The position numbers were made by a program, and so were the translations under genes. The notes beneath the pieces are model-generated. The model saw nothing but the letters and a program-made list of their open reading frames with translations. It was not told the origin of the DNA and made no database searches. From a virus (lineage: Duplodnaviria > Caudoviricetes): DNA of 59,977 nt. The DNA lies in the IMG/VR virus record IMGVR_UViG_3300025853_000004, positions 1 to 59,977 of that record; one strand, written 5' to 3'. Of the stretch, positions 16,784 to 26,842 are shown piece by piece; the first letter of the stretch is position 1, and every line of letters starts with the position of its first letter.

Positions 16784-17024
16784 CCACCCACTCCTCTAAT
16801 TCTTTAATGCCCTGTACGCGTTCTACAAATATCGGCGTGTGTTCCCCGATGTAAGAACCCAAAATATTAAAGTTGAAATACTCAACGGCTTCCCAGATCT
16901 CGCACTTCAATTCTCTTTGAACCGCCTGTATCGCCAAGTCGATGTCGTACACGACAACTGCCGGTTCTCCGCATCGGTGACCAACACCAATAATCGCATC
17001 GTCTAATCCGTCTGCTTTTAACAT
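16764..17024 (-). CDS. Conserved hypothetical phage protein
   Basis: LKADGLDDAIIG...VVYD...EAVEYF.FNI.GSYIGE.TPIF. Confidence 0.8.
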   Translation of the reverse strand: MLKADGLDDAIIGVGHRCGEPAVVVYDIDLAIQAVQRELKCEIWEAVEYFNFNILGSYIGEHTPIFVERVQGIKELEEWVDANGQP

Positions 17025-18556
17025 CAGAATGGGGCCTCTTCTTGGTCAAACTTAGGTTTCAGATCTATGTCTGCTGATTCAAAGGATGGGATAGACCACA
17101 CGCGGACTGCCCGCCCCTTAATCTTTAACACGGTGCTTTCGCCGCTGATATCCCGCAAGCGTTGAGCAATCTTGTGCGATTTAAATTCAAAAAACTTATT
17201 CTTTCGCAGATGTGCTTCAAAATCCCGTAGTCTGAAATAGGTCTTGTTAGTGTCCTCGTCGGTCCAAGGGCGGCGGAGCAAGATCTCTTCTTTGTCCTGC
17301 GCTTGCTGTAAATGCCGGCAAAACTCTTCGAGGTAGTCGTAGAACTGGCCGGAGGTCGAAGCATCCTGTGCCACTTCCATGATTGCGCTTTCATTATCGC
17401 GCATCTCGCTCATGAGCGCGCTAATCCGACTCTCCCAGTTTTGTTTTGATGCTGTGCGAGGCATGAAATTGAGTTGTTCCATGCACGCTTTTTGGAAAGT
17501 TGCTTGAGACAATAGCGCATCTGTATCGAGTTCGAGAGGCTCGCCATTGACGTCCATGAACCAGACGGGAGGTGTGGAGTTATACTTTCTAAGATTTGCG
17601 ATAGCCGCACCCTGACTTGCGGCGCCAATCCCAAATTTACGCGTTTGACAGAGGTCTTTGTTGCAGTGGGCGCAGATCGGCGCATCACTGCACTTGTAAG
17701 CGTAATCCTTTTTTTCAAGTTGCTTCGCAACGATATTAACTTCGTTGAGTGGTAAGGGCGGAGCCAAATACTGGGCATTGTACTCAAGTATCTTACTTTC
17801 CCATTCGTCCGGATACGCCTTGCGGAGGTAGACCCCCAGATTGAATAGCCCATTGTTACGTCCCCCTTCTGAGATTTTTTCTTTACACAGGTACTGTAAG
17901 CATGGCGGCCCGTCTTTAACGATAATCTCTGGGCCATTGGTGTTCTGCGTCAGAGCCTTAACTTGCTCCGGAGTCTGCACATGCGCGTCGTAGAGCGCAA
18001 AAAACTCTTCCAGAGTAGCTGAGGTGCCGTCGTCTTTAATCGCGTAGCGTAGGCCGTCTTCTGCGTCGTAGTACGGCAGATTCAAAAAGTTACCGATGTC
18101 GCCACGATCCAGATGGAGCTTCACCTGCTTTGGAAAAATTTCGCTGTTACCGTAGCCGAGAGCCGTCGAGATGCTTTGCAGAGTTTCCTGCATTAGCTTG
18201 GCTTCAATCCACTCGGTTGAAAACAAAAAGCAATGCGCGCCGCCAGATTTGGAGCGACACACAACTAAAGGCAGTTTGGCCTGACGGATCTTGGAGACGA
18301 GATCAGTGTGGTCCAAAGGGTACTGATCGATATCAATACAGCCCCAGACACAACTGTTGTCTTCGTTAATCGGAATAATACCGATGCCCTTGCCAGTTCC
18401 AGACAAGTGACCTTCCCATAGTTCCGTGGTCCGTGTTTCTCGAACGACGGCCGCTTTACCGGCGCTCTTGCCGCTTTGCGTCTTCTTCTCAATTTTAAAA
18501 GTTCCATACGCCTGTTCCAGACCGGCGAAGATAGAACTAAATTTTTCGACTGACAT
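17024..18556 (-). CDS. Primase (AEP-like with PriCT-like domain)
   Basis: GCIDID, RSKSGGAH, NLPY, PPCL...EGGRNNGLF, C-terminal Cys cluster. Confidence 0.85.
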   Translation of the reverse strand: MSVEKFSSIFAGLEQAYGTFKIEKKTQSGKSAGKAAVVRETRTTELWEGHLSGTGKGIGIIPINEDNSCVWGCIDIDQYPLDHTDLVSKIRQAKLPLVVCRSKSGGAHCFLFSTEWIEAKLMQETLQSISTALGYGNSEIFPKQVKLHLDRGDIGNFLNLPYYDAEDGLRYAIKDDGTSATLEEFFALYDAHVQTPEQVKALTQNTNGPEIIVKDGPPCLQYLCKEKISEGGRNNGLFNLGVYLRKAYPDEWESKILEYNAQYLAPPLPLNEVNIVAKQLEKKDYAYKCSDAPICAHCNKDLCQTRKFGIGAASQGAAIANLRKYNSTPPVWFMDVNGEPLELDTDALLSQATFQKACMEQLNFMPRTASKQNWESRISALMSEMRDNESAIMEVAQDASTSGQFYDYLEEFCRHLQQAQDKEEILLRRPWTDEDTNKTYFRLRDFEAHLRKNKFFEFKSHKIAQRLRDISGESTVLKIKGRAVRVWSIPSFESADIDLKPKFDQEEAPF

Positions 18557-18601
18557 AGTTGATCCTCAAAAACGAGGCGCGCGAACGCGCCCCGCATGTC
18601 G

Positions 18602-19378
18602 TTAAAACGCAGGGTTAGTGTTTGTTTCCTCATCCGCCCCGTGTTTAACAACAACGTCACCGGCCATAATGCTTTCTGCAAACTGCTTGGCTTGCATATA
18701 CAAAGCACCGTCAGACACTGGCTCTAAACGTGACATTTCCCACCCGTGCCATGAACCTTTTGAGTTTTCTTCTGACAGGGTTTTCAGCAGGTAAGTGTAA
18801 GCAAATCGCGCCGGAGTGAATGGCCCATTGGCTCCCTGCATCTTTGCGGATGCAACCATTGAGTTCCACTTGCGTGATTTCTTCAACTGCGTTGATTTCA
18901 TTGCAAGTAACGCTGTTTCAGCCGAACCGTCCTCATTGAGTACGATAACGAAATGCTGATGCGTTTCTTCAATGTATTCGCCGTTCCCGCCGTCTACATA
19001 CTCGCGGTTATCGGATGGATCGCGAGTTGTCTTTGGACGATCTTCGTTTGGCGCGTAGATCGCTTGTGGAGCACCACTACCTTGACCACGGGGAGCCCAC
19101 TGAATAAAACGACGCTGATAGGCACAGGGGATCACCCGAATACCTTCCTTGCCGCTGTACACCGTACCGCTGACCGTGTTGTAGATGTCGCCCTTGCGTC
19201 CTTCAAAGTTTTCGTCGTCGAGCAATGGGTCGAGCGCCGAAACAATTTTCAGGAAAGGTAGGGCAAGATCTTCTTGCTCCATGCGAGTTCCGATGCCGGC
19301 ATCGGCCTCGAACATTGTTGGGTCAAATTCCGCAATTGCCCCTGATTGCTTTTCAGCTACTGCTTTTGATGTTGCCAT
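18602..19378 (-). CDS. Putative single-stranded DNA-binding protein
   Basis: DLALPFLKI, MKSTQLKKSRKWNS, acidic tail ending in PAF; replication context. Confidence 0.6.
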   Translation of the reverse strand: MATSKAVAEKQSGAIAEFDPTMFEADAGIGTRMEQEDLALPFLKIVSALDPLLDDENFEGRKGDIYNTVSGTVYSGKEGIRVIPCAYQRRFIQWAPRGQGSGAPQAIYAPNEDRPKTTRDPSDNREYVDGGNGEYIEETHQHFVIVLNEDGSAETALLAMKSTQLKKSRKWNSMVASAKMQGANGPFTPARFAYTYLLKTLSEENSKGSWHGWEMSRLEPVSDGALYMQAKQFAESIMAGDVVVKHGADEETNTNPAF

Positions 19379-19965
19379 TATTTAGTCCTCTTGATTACTG
19401 CACGTTGTCCTACCCAAGCGCCGAATAGCTCCATTGGGAAGTCGTCACCGTTTTCTACGCGTTCCTTAATGAAGGCACGCAATGTCTGCGGATGAATATC
19501 AGTCTTCTGCTCCGCCACTAATCCCTGCTGTGATGCAAGGGCCTTGAAGGCAGATGCCTGATCGTCTTCGCCGCGGCCAAAGATACACATCACTTGATTC
19601 TTGATGATGTCGTCATAGCCGTTATCGCGGAGCCACTCGAAAGCCTGCGGCTTATCGTCAATGCGGATTGATGCCCCATACGTTTGCTTTACAGTAACGT
19701 TTGAGCCGTCGTCCAAAGTTATTGATGAAAAACCAATTTCGGTCAACATGGTCGGCAAGTCTTCGTCAGTCATTTTTAAAAGAGCGTTTTTCTCTTTCTT
19801 GAGTTTGGCCTCAAGATCTTCGATTTCTGCTTCTTTATTTCTTATTGCTACGGCCATTGAGGCAACAGTTTTAAGCCTTTCTTGGTCTAGCGTTTCTAGT
19901 TTTGATTCGGCAGTGTCCTGCTCCATCATTCTCAGCAGATCTGCTGATTCGTTTAGATCGCTCAT
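19378..19965 (-). CDS. Conserved replication-module protein
   Basis: Coiled coil plus AFEWLRDNGYDDIIK...HPQTLRAF; first gene after the divergent promoter. Confidence 0.75.
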   Translation of the reverse strand: MSDLNESADLLRMMEQDTAESKLETLDQERLKTVASMAVAIRNKEAEIEDLEAKLKKEKNALLKMTDEDLPTMLTEIGFSSITLDDGSNVTVKQTYGASIRIDDKPQAFEWLRDNGYDDIIKNQVMCIFGRGEDDQASAFKALASQQGLVAEQKTDIHPQTLRAFIKERVENGDDFPMELFGAWVGQRAVIKRTK

Positions 19966-20001
19966 GCGCTTTCCTCCGTTATTAAAGGCACCGTTTGGGC
20001 C

Positions 20002-20042
20002 TTGACATTTCTATATATAATCCTATGATTAGCAAGAGTCAA
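20002..20042. promoter_or_regulatory. Overlapping divergent sigma70 promoters
   Basis: Plus: TTGACA-N16-TATGAT. Minus: TTGACT-N17-TATATA. Confidence 0.7.
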
Positions 20043-20054
20043 GGGGAAAGTGAC

Positions 20055-21509
20055 ATGAATTTTGAAAACTATGAATTTAAGACTAAGCCGTATGATCATC
20101 AGCTTAACGCGCTACGCGACTCGTGGGCCGCGGAATACTATGCGCTGTTCATGGAGATGGGAACGGGTAAGTCGAAAGTTACAATTGATACGATGGGTAT
20201 GTTGTATGAAAAAGGTCATATCGACGCGGCGCTCATCATTGCTCCGAAGGGCGTCTACGATAACTGGGTTCGCAAAGAATTAGAAGCCCATTTGCCTGAG
20301 CGCATTGCAACGCAGGTCGTCCGTTGGACGCCTTCTGGTGCCAAGAGTTATCAGGACGAGCTAGTCAAGTTAGTCTACGAAGCCTTTGAAGGGCTTAAAA
20401 TTTTTGTGATGAACGTTGAGGCGTTTTCTACCCCACGGGGTACGCGAGCCGCGTATGAATTCTGCAAAAAGAATCCTGATAATTTAGTGATTGTTGATGA
20501 ATCGACGACGATTAAGAACAGAAAAGCACAGCGGACCGCGAACATTGTAGAACTGTTGAAGGTCAGCAAGTACCGTCGCATCCTCACAGGTTCTCCTATT
20601 ACAAAGTCCCCGATGGATTTGTTTAGCCAGTGCGCGTTCCTGTCCCCCAAGGCGCTTGGTATTAACTCGTACTACGGCTACCAGAACCGTTACGCCGTTG
20701 TACAGAAGCGCACGATGGGTCACAAAAGCTTTAATGAGATCACCGGCTACCGTCGTCTGGATGAGCTAAACGAAAAACTCGATAAGTTCAGCAATCGCGT
20801 ACTGAAGTCAGACTGTCTGGATTTGCCAGATAAAGTGTACATGCGGCGCAACGTCAGCCTGACCGATGAGCAAGCCAAAGCCTACAAACAAATGCAGAAA
20901 CTTGCTTTGGCAAAGCTGGAGTCTGGAGAGTTATCCACAACTGCGTCGGTATTAACCCAAATTATGCGATTACAGCAAATTTGTTGTGGACATCTTCCTG
21001 ACGATGCCGGTGATTTGCATACTTTAAAGAGCAATCGTTTGTCAGAACTGCTTGATATTATTGAAGAAACTTCTGGCAAGATCATTATATGGGCAACCTT
21101 TACGCATGATCTGAAGATTATTTATTCAGAGCTAACCAAGAAGTATGGCGAAGGCTCGTCCCGCATTTACTTTGGCGAGACGCCGCAGGATGAACGGCAA
21201 GAGATTGTTGAAACGTTCCAAGATCCTAACAGCGAGCTACGATTCTTTGTTGGCCAACCCCGCACAGGGGGCTACGGCATTACCCTGACCGAAGCAGGTA
21301 CTATGATCTACTACAATAACGGTTACGACTTAGAGATACGCTTGCAGTCAGAAGATCGCGCTCACCGCATTGGGCAAGAAAAGAACGTCACTTACATTGA
21401 TATTGTCACGCCAAACACCGTAGATGAAAAAATCCTCGGTGCTTTACGAGACAAGATTGATATCGCAGGTCAGGTCTTAGGTGAAGATACTAAGACTTGG
21501 TTGATCTAG
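20055..21509 (+). CDS. SNF2-like SF2 helicase
   Basis: EMGTGKS, IVDES, LTGSP, GGYGITL, QSEDRAHRIGQ; start at MNFENY after AAGGGG. Confidence 0.93.
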   Translation: MNFENYEFKTKPYDHQLNALRDSWAAEYYALFMEMGTGKSKVTIDTMGMLYEKGHIDAALIIAPKGVYDNWVRKELEAHLPERIATQVVRWTPSGAKSYQDELVKLVYEAFEGLKIFVMNVEAFSTPRGTRAAYEFCKKNPDNLVIVDESTTIKNRKAQRTANIVELLKVSKYRRILTGSPITKSPMDLFSQCAFLSPKALGINSYYGYQNRYAVVQKRTMGHKSFNEITGYRRLDELNEKLDKFSNRVLKSDCLDLPDKVYMRRNVSLTDEQAKAYKQMQKLALAKLESGELSTTASVLTQIMRLQQICCGHLPDDAGDLHTLKSNRLSELLDIIEETSGKIIIWATFTHDLKIIYSELTKKYGEGSSRIYFGETPQDERQEIVETFQDPNSELRFFVGQPRTGGYGITLTEAGTMIYYNNGYDLEIRLQSEDRAHRIGQEKNVTYIDIVTPNTVDEKILGALRDKIDIAGQVLGEDTKTWLI

Positions 21510-22212
21510 GCCGCATCTGCAAGCCCAGTGATCCGATGCCCGCGGTCACAGGGCCGCCTTGTGCGAAAGCCCTATCAAACTGAAAGCCGAAACCTCCGGG
21601 GACCTTACCCATAGAGAATCCACCGCCAAGACCTACGCGGCCATCACCAAACTGGCCGGCACCTAAAGCTTGTTCCATGGCTTCTTGAGGAGTTGTTGGA
21701 TTACCCATGGGCGTATTGATGGAATCCATTAATCTTCTTTCTTGCGGAGTCAAATCATCGACGTTTGGAACAGTCACGTTTGGCATATTGATCGCTAGAT
21801 TGTCGTAAAGACCACCCATTGGTGTCGTGGGCGTAACTGGCGCCGATGCAAAAGCCGAGCGTTGTGTAGATAAGTCTGTTACTTCAGGAGTACCGCGGTT
21901 AGATAGGTTGACCTGCCCTGCAAACGGACGCGAAAAATCTTCGACAACAACGCCGTTAGGTAGCGTTTTTGTATAGTTAGGAGTGCTTGTTACCGTAGCA
22001 GGCGTCGTGTTGAAGTTCACGGTGTTTCCACGGCTATCTGTACGCGTATTAGGTCCGGGTTGCGTGGTCCGCGATCCCTGCCCTGTTTGCTGATTTGAAT
22101 ACGCGCTATCGCTAGTGGAGTTATTTCCACCGCCACCACCACCGAAGCAGTACATGGACGTCTCTGGATCAAAACCGATTTGTTTTTTTCTTACGATGCC
22201 ATCTTCAAACAT
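21490..22212 (-). CDS. Low-complexity protein with CFGGGGGG leader motif; candidate acyltransferase substrate / ejection protein
   Basis: FDPETSMYCFGGGGGG near the N-terminus; FSMGKV and FAQGGPVTAGIGSL near the C-terminus; overlaps the acyltransferase gene by 22 bp. Confidence 0.7.
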   Translation of the reverse strand: MFEDGIVRKKQIGFDPETSMYCFGGGGGGNNSTSDSAYSNQQTGQGSRTTQPGPNTRTDSRGNTVNFNTTPATVTSTPNYTKTLPNGVVVEDFSRPFAGQVNLSNRGTPEVTDLSTQRSAFASAPVTPTTPMGGLYDNLAINMPNVTVPNVDDLTPQERRLMDSINTPMGNPTTPQEAMEQALGAGQFGDGRVGLGGGFSMGKVPGGFGFQFDRAFAQGGPVTAGIGSLGLQMRPRSTKS

Positions 22213-22625
22213 AATTCATCTCGTCTCTTTGCTATGCGTCCCAAGCGGTCTTTTGCGTACCGGAAAAAATGACATTCGCCTTTGACTGTCCCATATTGGG
22301 CCTGCAAAGTCTTGCCTGCATCCTTTACACATTGTCTCACATTTTTAAACGCAATAAAGTCGATGGCGTATAAACGGCCATCCTCTGGTCCGGTTTGCCA
22401 GTCGCTTGGTTGCAACTTATCTGTTTTTGTCAGATACCCAAGCTCTGTACACTCCGTTAAAAACGTGTAGGTAAAGAAGCCTATTGGCTCCTCACCGTCG
22501 TAGAAAAACTGAATCCTGTTGTTTTCAATCGCAGGAGTTATCCAGTCTTCCAGATCAGAAATAAACCACGGGCGATGGAAGTCGGACCGCATCATCAAGC
22601 TGACTGCCAGTCCGAGTTCGTTCAC
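22191..22625 (-). CDS. Toxin-activating lysine acyltransferase (HlyC/CyaC/RtxC family)
   Basis: LG..VSLM.RSDFHRPW (SxxH), PAI, PIGF.TY.FL, L.P.DW.TG, LYAIDFIA (catalytic Asp position); 144 aa. Confidence 0.88.
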   Translation of the reverse strand: MNELGLAVSLMMRSDFHRPWFISDLEDWITPAIENNRIQFFYDGEEPIGFFTYTFLTECTELGYLTKTDKLQPSDWQTGPEDGRLYAIDFIAFKNVRQCVKDAGKTLQAQYGTVKGECHFFRYAKDRLGRIAKRRDELCLKMAS

Positions 22626-25600
22626 GAGAACAAGGTTCCTATGCCGCCGGCCGCTCCCAAGATCGGATCGTTAGGGAACATCGCCGCTAACTGCTGACGT
22701 TGCTGTGGATTTGCTCCGCCTTGTGGTGGTGCGGGGGCCTGTGCAACAGGAGCGGGAGCCGCGGGCCGTGCTTGAGAAAGCGGCTGATATTGAGGCAATA
22801 TCGAAGGTGCCGGCCTATCCTGCGGCCTTTGAGGTAACAACTGAAGCGGGGAAATAGGAAGGTCTGCGGGATCGGATCTGGTTGGATCTTGTTCATCGCG
22901 CGTTGCTTCGCGTGGAATTGTCCGCGTTGCACGGCGCGGAACGATCATTCCGTAGTCCATTAACTTAGCTTCTAACAATCCCGCAATTCGTATTCCTTCT
23001 TTAGAATCGGGTTTATATTCGCGAAGTAACAGAGCTAACAAGTCAGGGTCCGTCATAATTTTGTGCATGACATCTCCGGCAAGAGCTTCCGGCAATCTAT
23101 CTACAAGATCTGAAACTGCTTTAGAACCAATGCCTGCCGCGGTAATCGAACCCGGTCCACCTTGGCCGCCAGTCAACAAGCTATATACACGCGTACCGGC
23201 CGCAGAACCAGAAATCTTGAACCATACAGCCAAACCGGCGTTCATTTTCTTTGTAAGTTCTGCGATGTCTTTGCCTTCTGACATACCGGCCTCAAATTTA
23301 ACGCCGTTCGTAACAAATTTGCGTAAGCGGTCTGCTTCGGATTGAGGCATCGCTTTGTTTTGAACAAGTAAGTCTATTAAAGGAACGGTAAATCGAGGCG
23401 CTACACCCTCTTTAACGCCAATTTCTGGCGGAACAAACAGCTTATTGTAAAGAACTTTGAAATTAATCATTCCGCCACTTGAGCCGGATTCCGTTAAAGC
23501 CCATTCAATTACTGCGTTTTTATATCCGCGTAATGCAGATTCGCGTATTTTTTCTGGCGCGTTTTCCGCGTAGCTCAGTAATCTGAGCATGTTAGGAAGA
23601 CGATTCTTTTTATCTTTCATTGCGCGCTCTATGGCAATCGCAGGATTGGTAACTCCTGTCCCTTCGCCATAAATACCCGCTGGCAAAAGATCCATGAAAG
23701 TAATCAAACTTTTTACTTTGGCGGTCTGCTCTTTCTGTGAAAGACGTCTACCATCTAACAAGGCCGCTCTACGCTCGACATTTTGCAAGTCACGATATAG
23801 TCCGGGAAATTGAGACAATATTTGTTCATGCTGTCTCATCCATTTTTGGAATTGACCTTCGTTAAAACTACCGTCCGTATTTCGGCCTACACTAAAATGA
23901 GCGTCGCGTAAGAGACTTTCGATAGCCATTTCTGTTGAAGCTTGAGCCGCTTTAGGGTCAAAACTAATTTCAGCCCCAGTCAAGGGGTCAGACAATCGTT
24001 GTTTTCCAACGTTGTTTGCTAAAGCAAATTTAGGAATGTCTAGTATTTGCTCTAATCGCAGAGTTGTAGCGTCTTCTGTACCCGCGCCCGTCTTCTGCCA
24101 CATAAGTTCCGGGGCTCCGCGATAAGCACCTGACGGAGATTTCTTTAATGCTTCTCCCGCATAACTACGGGTAAACGTATCGTTCAAAGCCCGAGAATAC
24201 GATCTAGCAATGTTATATGCCGCACCAGCTTCGGTGGCAGAAATGCTGTTCATGTCCTCAAGTAACGCATCAGCAAACTCAAAAACAATTCGCGCTTCAT
24301 CCACATCACCAGATGCGGCCAATTTTCTTCCACGAGCAAGGGCCGAGGACCGTGCTGATTGAAGCTCTTGTAGCGTTAAACCTTCTTTTGGTCGCGCAGT
24401 TACATCAAACTGACGAAGACGTTCTGTTCCTTCTGCGGCAACTTCGGCTGTCTCCTGTGCAACTTCGTCAGACGCTCCTGAAACTTCGTCAACGGTTGAC
24501 GTTGGGGCAAAGTTAAAATCGCCTTCGGAAGACATGCGAACCCGTGTCATCGCCACGGCTTCTTGCACATTGTTTGGTCCGGCTAAGGGTACCGTGCTAG
24601 ATGTAGCTCCTGCTCGAAAAGCGTCTGGACCGGTGCCGTTAATAATTGTTGCCGTATACGGAGTTATCCTATCCGAAGGGTCTAGTCGTAACTCCACCTT
24701 GTTGCCCATAGAGTCAACAACGGTTGTGACAAATCCGCCCTCTTCCCCTTTCCTTTGGAAAACTTTAAATCCGGAAGGGTCATCTCCCCGATCAGGCATC
24801 ATGTTTAATGCGGGCTGATAAAGTTTAGTTTTTTCTTTACCTAATCCGGACAAAGGCCCTGCATCTGCGGCTTGACGTGTAGCGGCTTGTGCCCCGTCCG
24901 TAGCTCCATCCGCTAATGGATCTACAAATTCAAATCCGTAATCTCGGGCTCTTCGACGAACCCAATTGTCTATCCAACGAAGACCGCCTTCTGTTAACGC
25001 TTCTTGTTCAAACTCAATTGCACCTTTTGCAGTCAAGTCTGACCACCGTGCAATAAATCCGGGGATGTCTGAAACATTACCATCGGCATCAGCAAACTGC
25101 GTTAAAGACGTGTTTGGCACGGCCTGCCAAAGCTGTCTTTCTTTTGCGCGGGCCGCATCCAACTGAACGCCCACAACTTCAAACAATTTTACAGACAACT
25201 CTCGCGTTCTTTTTCGGGCCTCTTCTTCGGGAGCGCCCATGATTAACTTGTTGTAAGCTTGGACTAAGTTTCTTTGCGCTCGGTCTACTTTATATTTAAG
25301 CGATTCATCAAAAGCCTCTTTTGCAAGCTGACCCGCAAGTTGTAACGCGTCGGAATCCTTTGAAATAGCCAGAGCATAAATCGTGTTCTGAAGCGCCATT
25401 AAAGCTTGTCGATTGGCTTCGTTTCTTGTTTCACCAATTTTCGAGTTAATTTGTTCAAGCGCCGCTTCTACTGCAAGCAATCCGGGACTTCCAGACTTGG
25501 CTCCAGCAGTTAGCTTAATCTTCTTACCGCTCTCATCGTACATGACCTGAGAAAGATCGTCGGAAGATAGCCGAGCGATTACCTCATCGATATCTTCTCC

Positions 25601-26833
25601 GTAAGTTTCTAAAACTTCTAAGATTTGCTCAATTGCCTTACGTTCACGACGGCCGCCAATTTTTTCTGCAAGCTCTTTACCCGTTTGTTTAAAGCCCTTG
25701 TCTCGAATATTGGTATATACCTGCTTAATGTCCGGGGCAAGACCCACTAATTTAGGAACTATAGTTGCCCCGAGAAGAGTGGGAGCAACGGCTCCTACCG
25801 TTTCGTAACCAATTCGAGTTGCAGGATCATTTGGATCAGACTCTTGAGCGTAGCCCGCCCCAATAGTAGATCCAGCAATGGGCAAAGATTCGACGCCTAA
25901 CGTCGTTTTTGGTTTTGTGCGCGCCGTTTGACCAAACGAAGTTAATCCTTTCTCTAATCCTGCGGCCATTTTCGCAGACCGGGGGACAGGGACAAATTGA
26001 TCCCCTTTAATTGATTTAACGGTTTTTTCCAACCCGCGTTTGTTCAATGTTGAAAGCGCGTCCTTGGTTAAAGGACCTACAGGAACCTGATCTGTCAGCA
26101 ATTTACGAACATAATCTTGAGCCGCGGTCACCGGTTTAACAGCGGTCATAAACGGATAAGGCAACCAAGCAAGGTTGCCCATCAAAGTTCGACCCATTTC
26201 ATAGTTTTTAAGCGCGCCCGGAGTCATTACGTCTTCTGGACCGGCCAAGTAACTACGCGTTAAATCAACACCTAAATAAGTTAAAACAGAAGAACCTAAT
26301 CCGGCTACCGCCGCGGCAGGGTAAAGCACTTGCGGAACCATTTTACCGGCCCCTGCTTGTAAAACTTTCTGACCCGTTTTAAAACCCGCATAGGCACTAG
26401 CTATAGCACTAGGCGCTTCACGAGCGGCCCCTTTCGCAAAATCTGTCAGGGTTCCTTCCGATAAAGGATTGCCTTCGGGATCCGTTGCAAAAGAAGAAAT
26501 AACAAGGCTAGGAGTATAAAGCGCACGTTCAGCAGGGGGTTTATCAGCATATTCTGCAATACGGTCAAAAATCGGGTTAGTGCCGTCGGCTAGCGTATCG
26601 TAATCAAGTTCCGGATGATCTAATTGTTGCTCTTGAATAATCTGACGAGCAAGAACTTCCGCGTACCCTTCGCCATAAGCATCAGCAAATTCTCTAACCT
26701 GATCGTTAGTTAACGTGACCGGATTAATTACCGGTTCACTAATCCCCGGAATTCCAGCGGAAGGATTGCTTTGTTGAACCGGGAGATCGGGATTGATTTC
26801 AACCACCACCCCAGCTTGTTCAGCTTCTGTCAT
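22622..26833 (-). CDS. Large internal virion (ejection) protein
   Basis: 1403 aa, helical and Ala-rich, last large gene of the structural operon; Pro/Gln tail ending FPNDPI...GIGTL. Confidence 0.7.
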   Translation of the reverse strand: MTEAEQAGVVVEINPDLPVQQSNPSAGIPGISEPVINPVTLTNDQVREFADAYGEGYAEVLARQIIQEQQLDHPELDYDTLADGTNPIFDRIAEYADKPPAERALYTPSLVISSFATDPEGNPLSEGTLTDFAKGAAREAPSAIASAYAGFKTGQKVLQAGAGKMVPQVLYPAAAVAGLGSSVLTYLGVDLTRSYLAGPEDVMTPGALKNYEMGRTLMGNLAWLPYPFMTAVKPVTAAQDYVRKLLTDQVPVGPLTKDALSTLNKRGLEKTVKSIKGDQFVPVPRSAKMAAGLEKGLTSFGQTARTKPKTTLGVESLPIAGSTIGAGYAQESDPNDPATRIGYETVGAVAPTLLGATIVPKLVGLAPDIKQVYTNIRDKGFKQTGKELAEKIGGRRERKAIEQILEVLETYGEDIDEVIARLSSDDLSQVMYDESGKKIKLTAGAKSGSPGLLAVEAALEQINSKIGETRNEANRQALMALQNTIYALAISKDSDALQLAGQLAKEAFDESLKYKVDRAQRNLVQAYNKLIMGAPEEEARKRTRELSVKLFEVVGVQLDAARAKERQLWQAVPNTSLTQFADADGNVSDIPGFIARWSDLTAKGAIEFEQEALTEGGLRWIDNWVRRRARDYGFEFVDPLADGATDGAQAATRQAADAGPLSGLGKEKTKLYQPALNMMPDRGDDPSGFKVFQRKGEEGGFVTTVVDSMGNKVELRLDPSDRITPYTATIINGTGPDAFRAGATSSTVPLAGPNNVQEAVAMTRVRMSSEGDFNFAPTSTVDEVSGASDEVAQETAEVAAEGTERLRQFDVTARPKEGLTLQELQSARSSALARGRKLAASGDVDEARIVFEFADALLEDMNSISATEAGAAYNIARSYSRALNDTFTRSYAGEALKKSPSGAYRGAPELMWQKTGAGTEDATTLRLEQILDIPKFALANNVGKQRLSDPLTGAEISFDPKAAQASTEMAIESLLRDAHFSVGRNTDGSFNEGQFQKWMRQHEQILSQFPGLYRDLQNVERRAALLDGRRLSQKEQTAKVKSLITFMDLLPAGIYGEGTGVTNPAIAIERAMKDKKNRLPNMLRLLSYAENAPEKIRESALRGYKNAVIEWALTESGSSGGMINFKVLYNKLFVPPEIGVKEGVAPRFTVPLIDLLVQNKAMPQSEADRLRKFVTNGVKFEAGMSEGKDIAELTKKMNAGLAVWFKISGSAAGTRVYSLLTGGQGGPGSITAAGIGSKAVSDLVDRLPEALAGDVMHKIMTDPDLLALLLREYKPDSKEGIRIAGLLEAKLMDYGMIVPRRATRTIPREATRDEQDPTRSDPADLPISPLQLLPQRPQDRPAPSILPQYQPLSQARPAAPAPVAQAPAPPQGGANPQQRQQLAAMFPNDPILGAAGGIGTLFS

Positions 26834-26842
26834 ACCCTTTCC

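Noticed and set aside
20930-20938. Isolated TTATCCACA inside the SNF2 helicase gene
   Set aside because: Single copy in coding sequence (ELST codons); compatible with chance.
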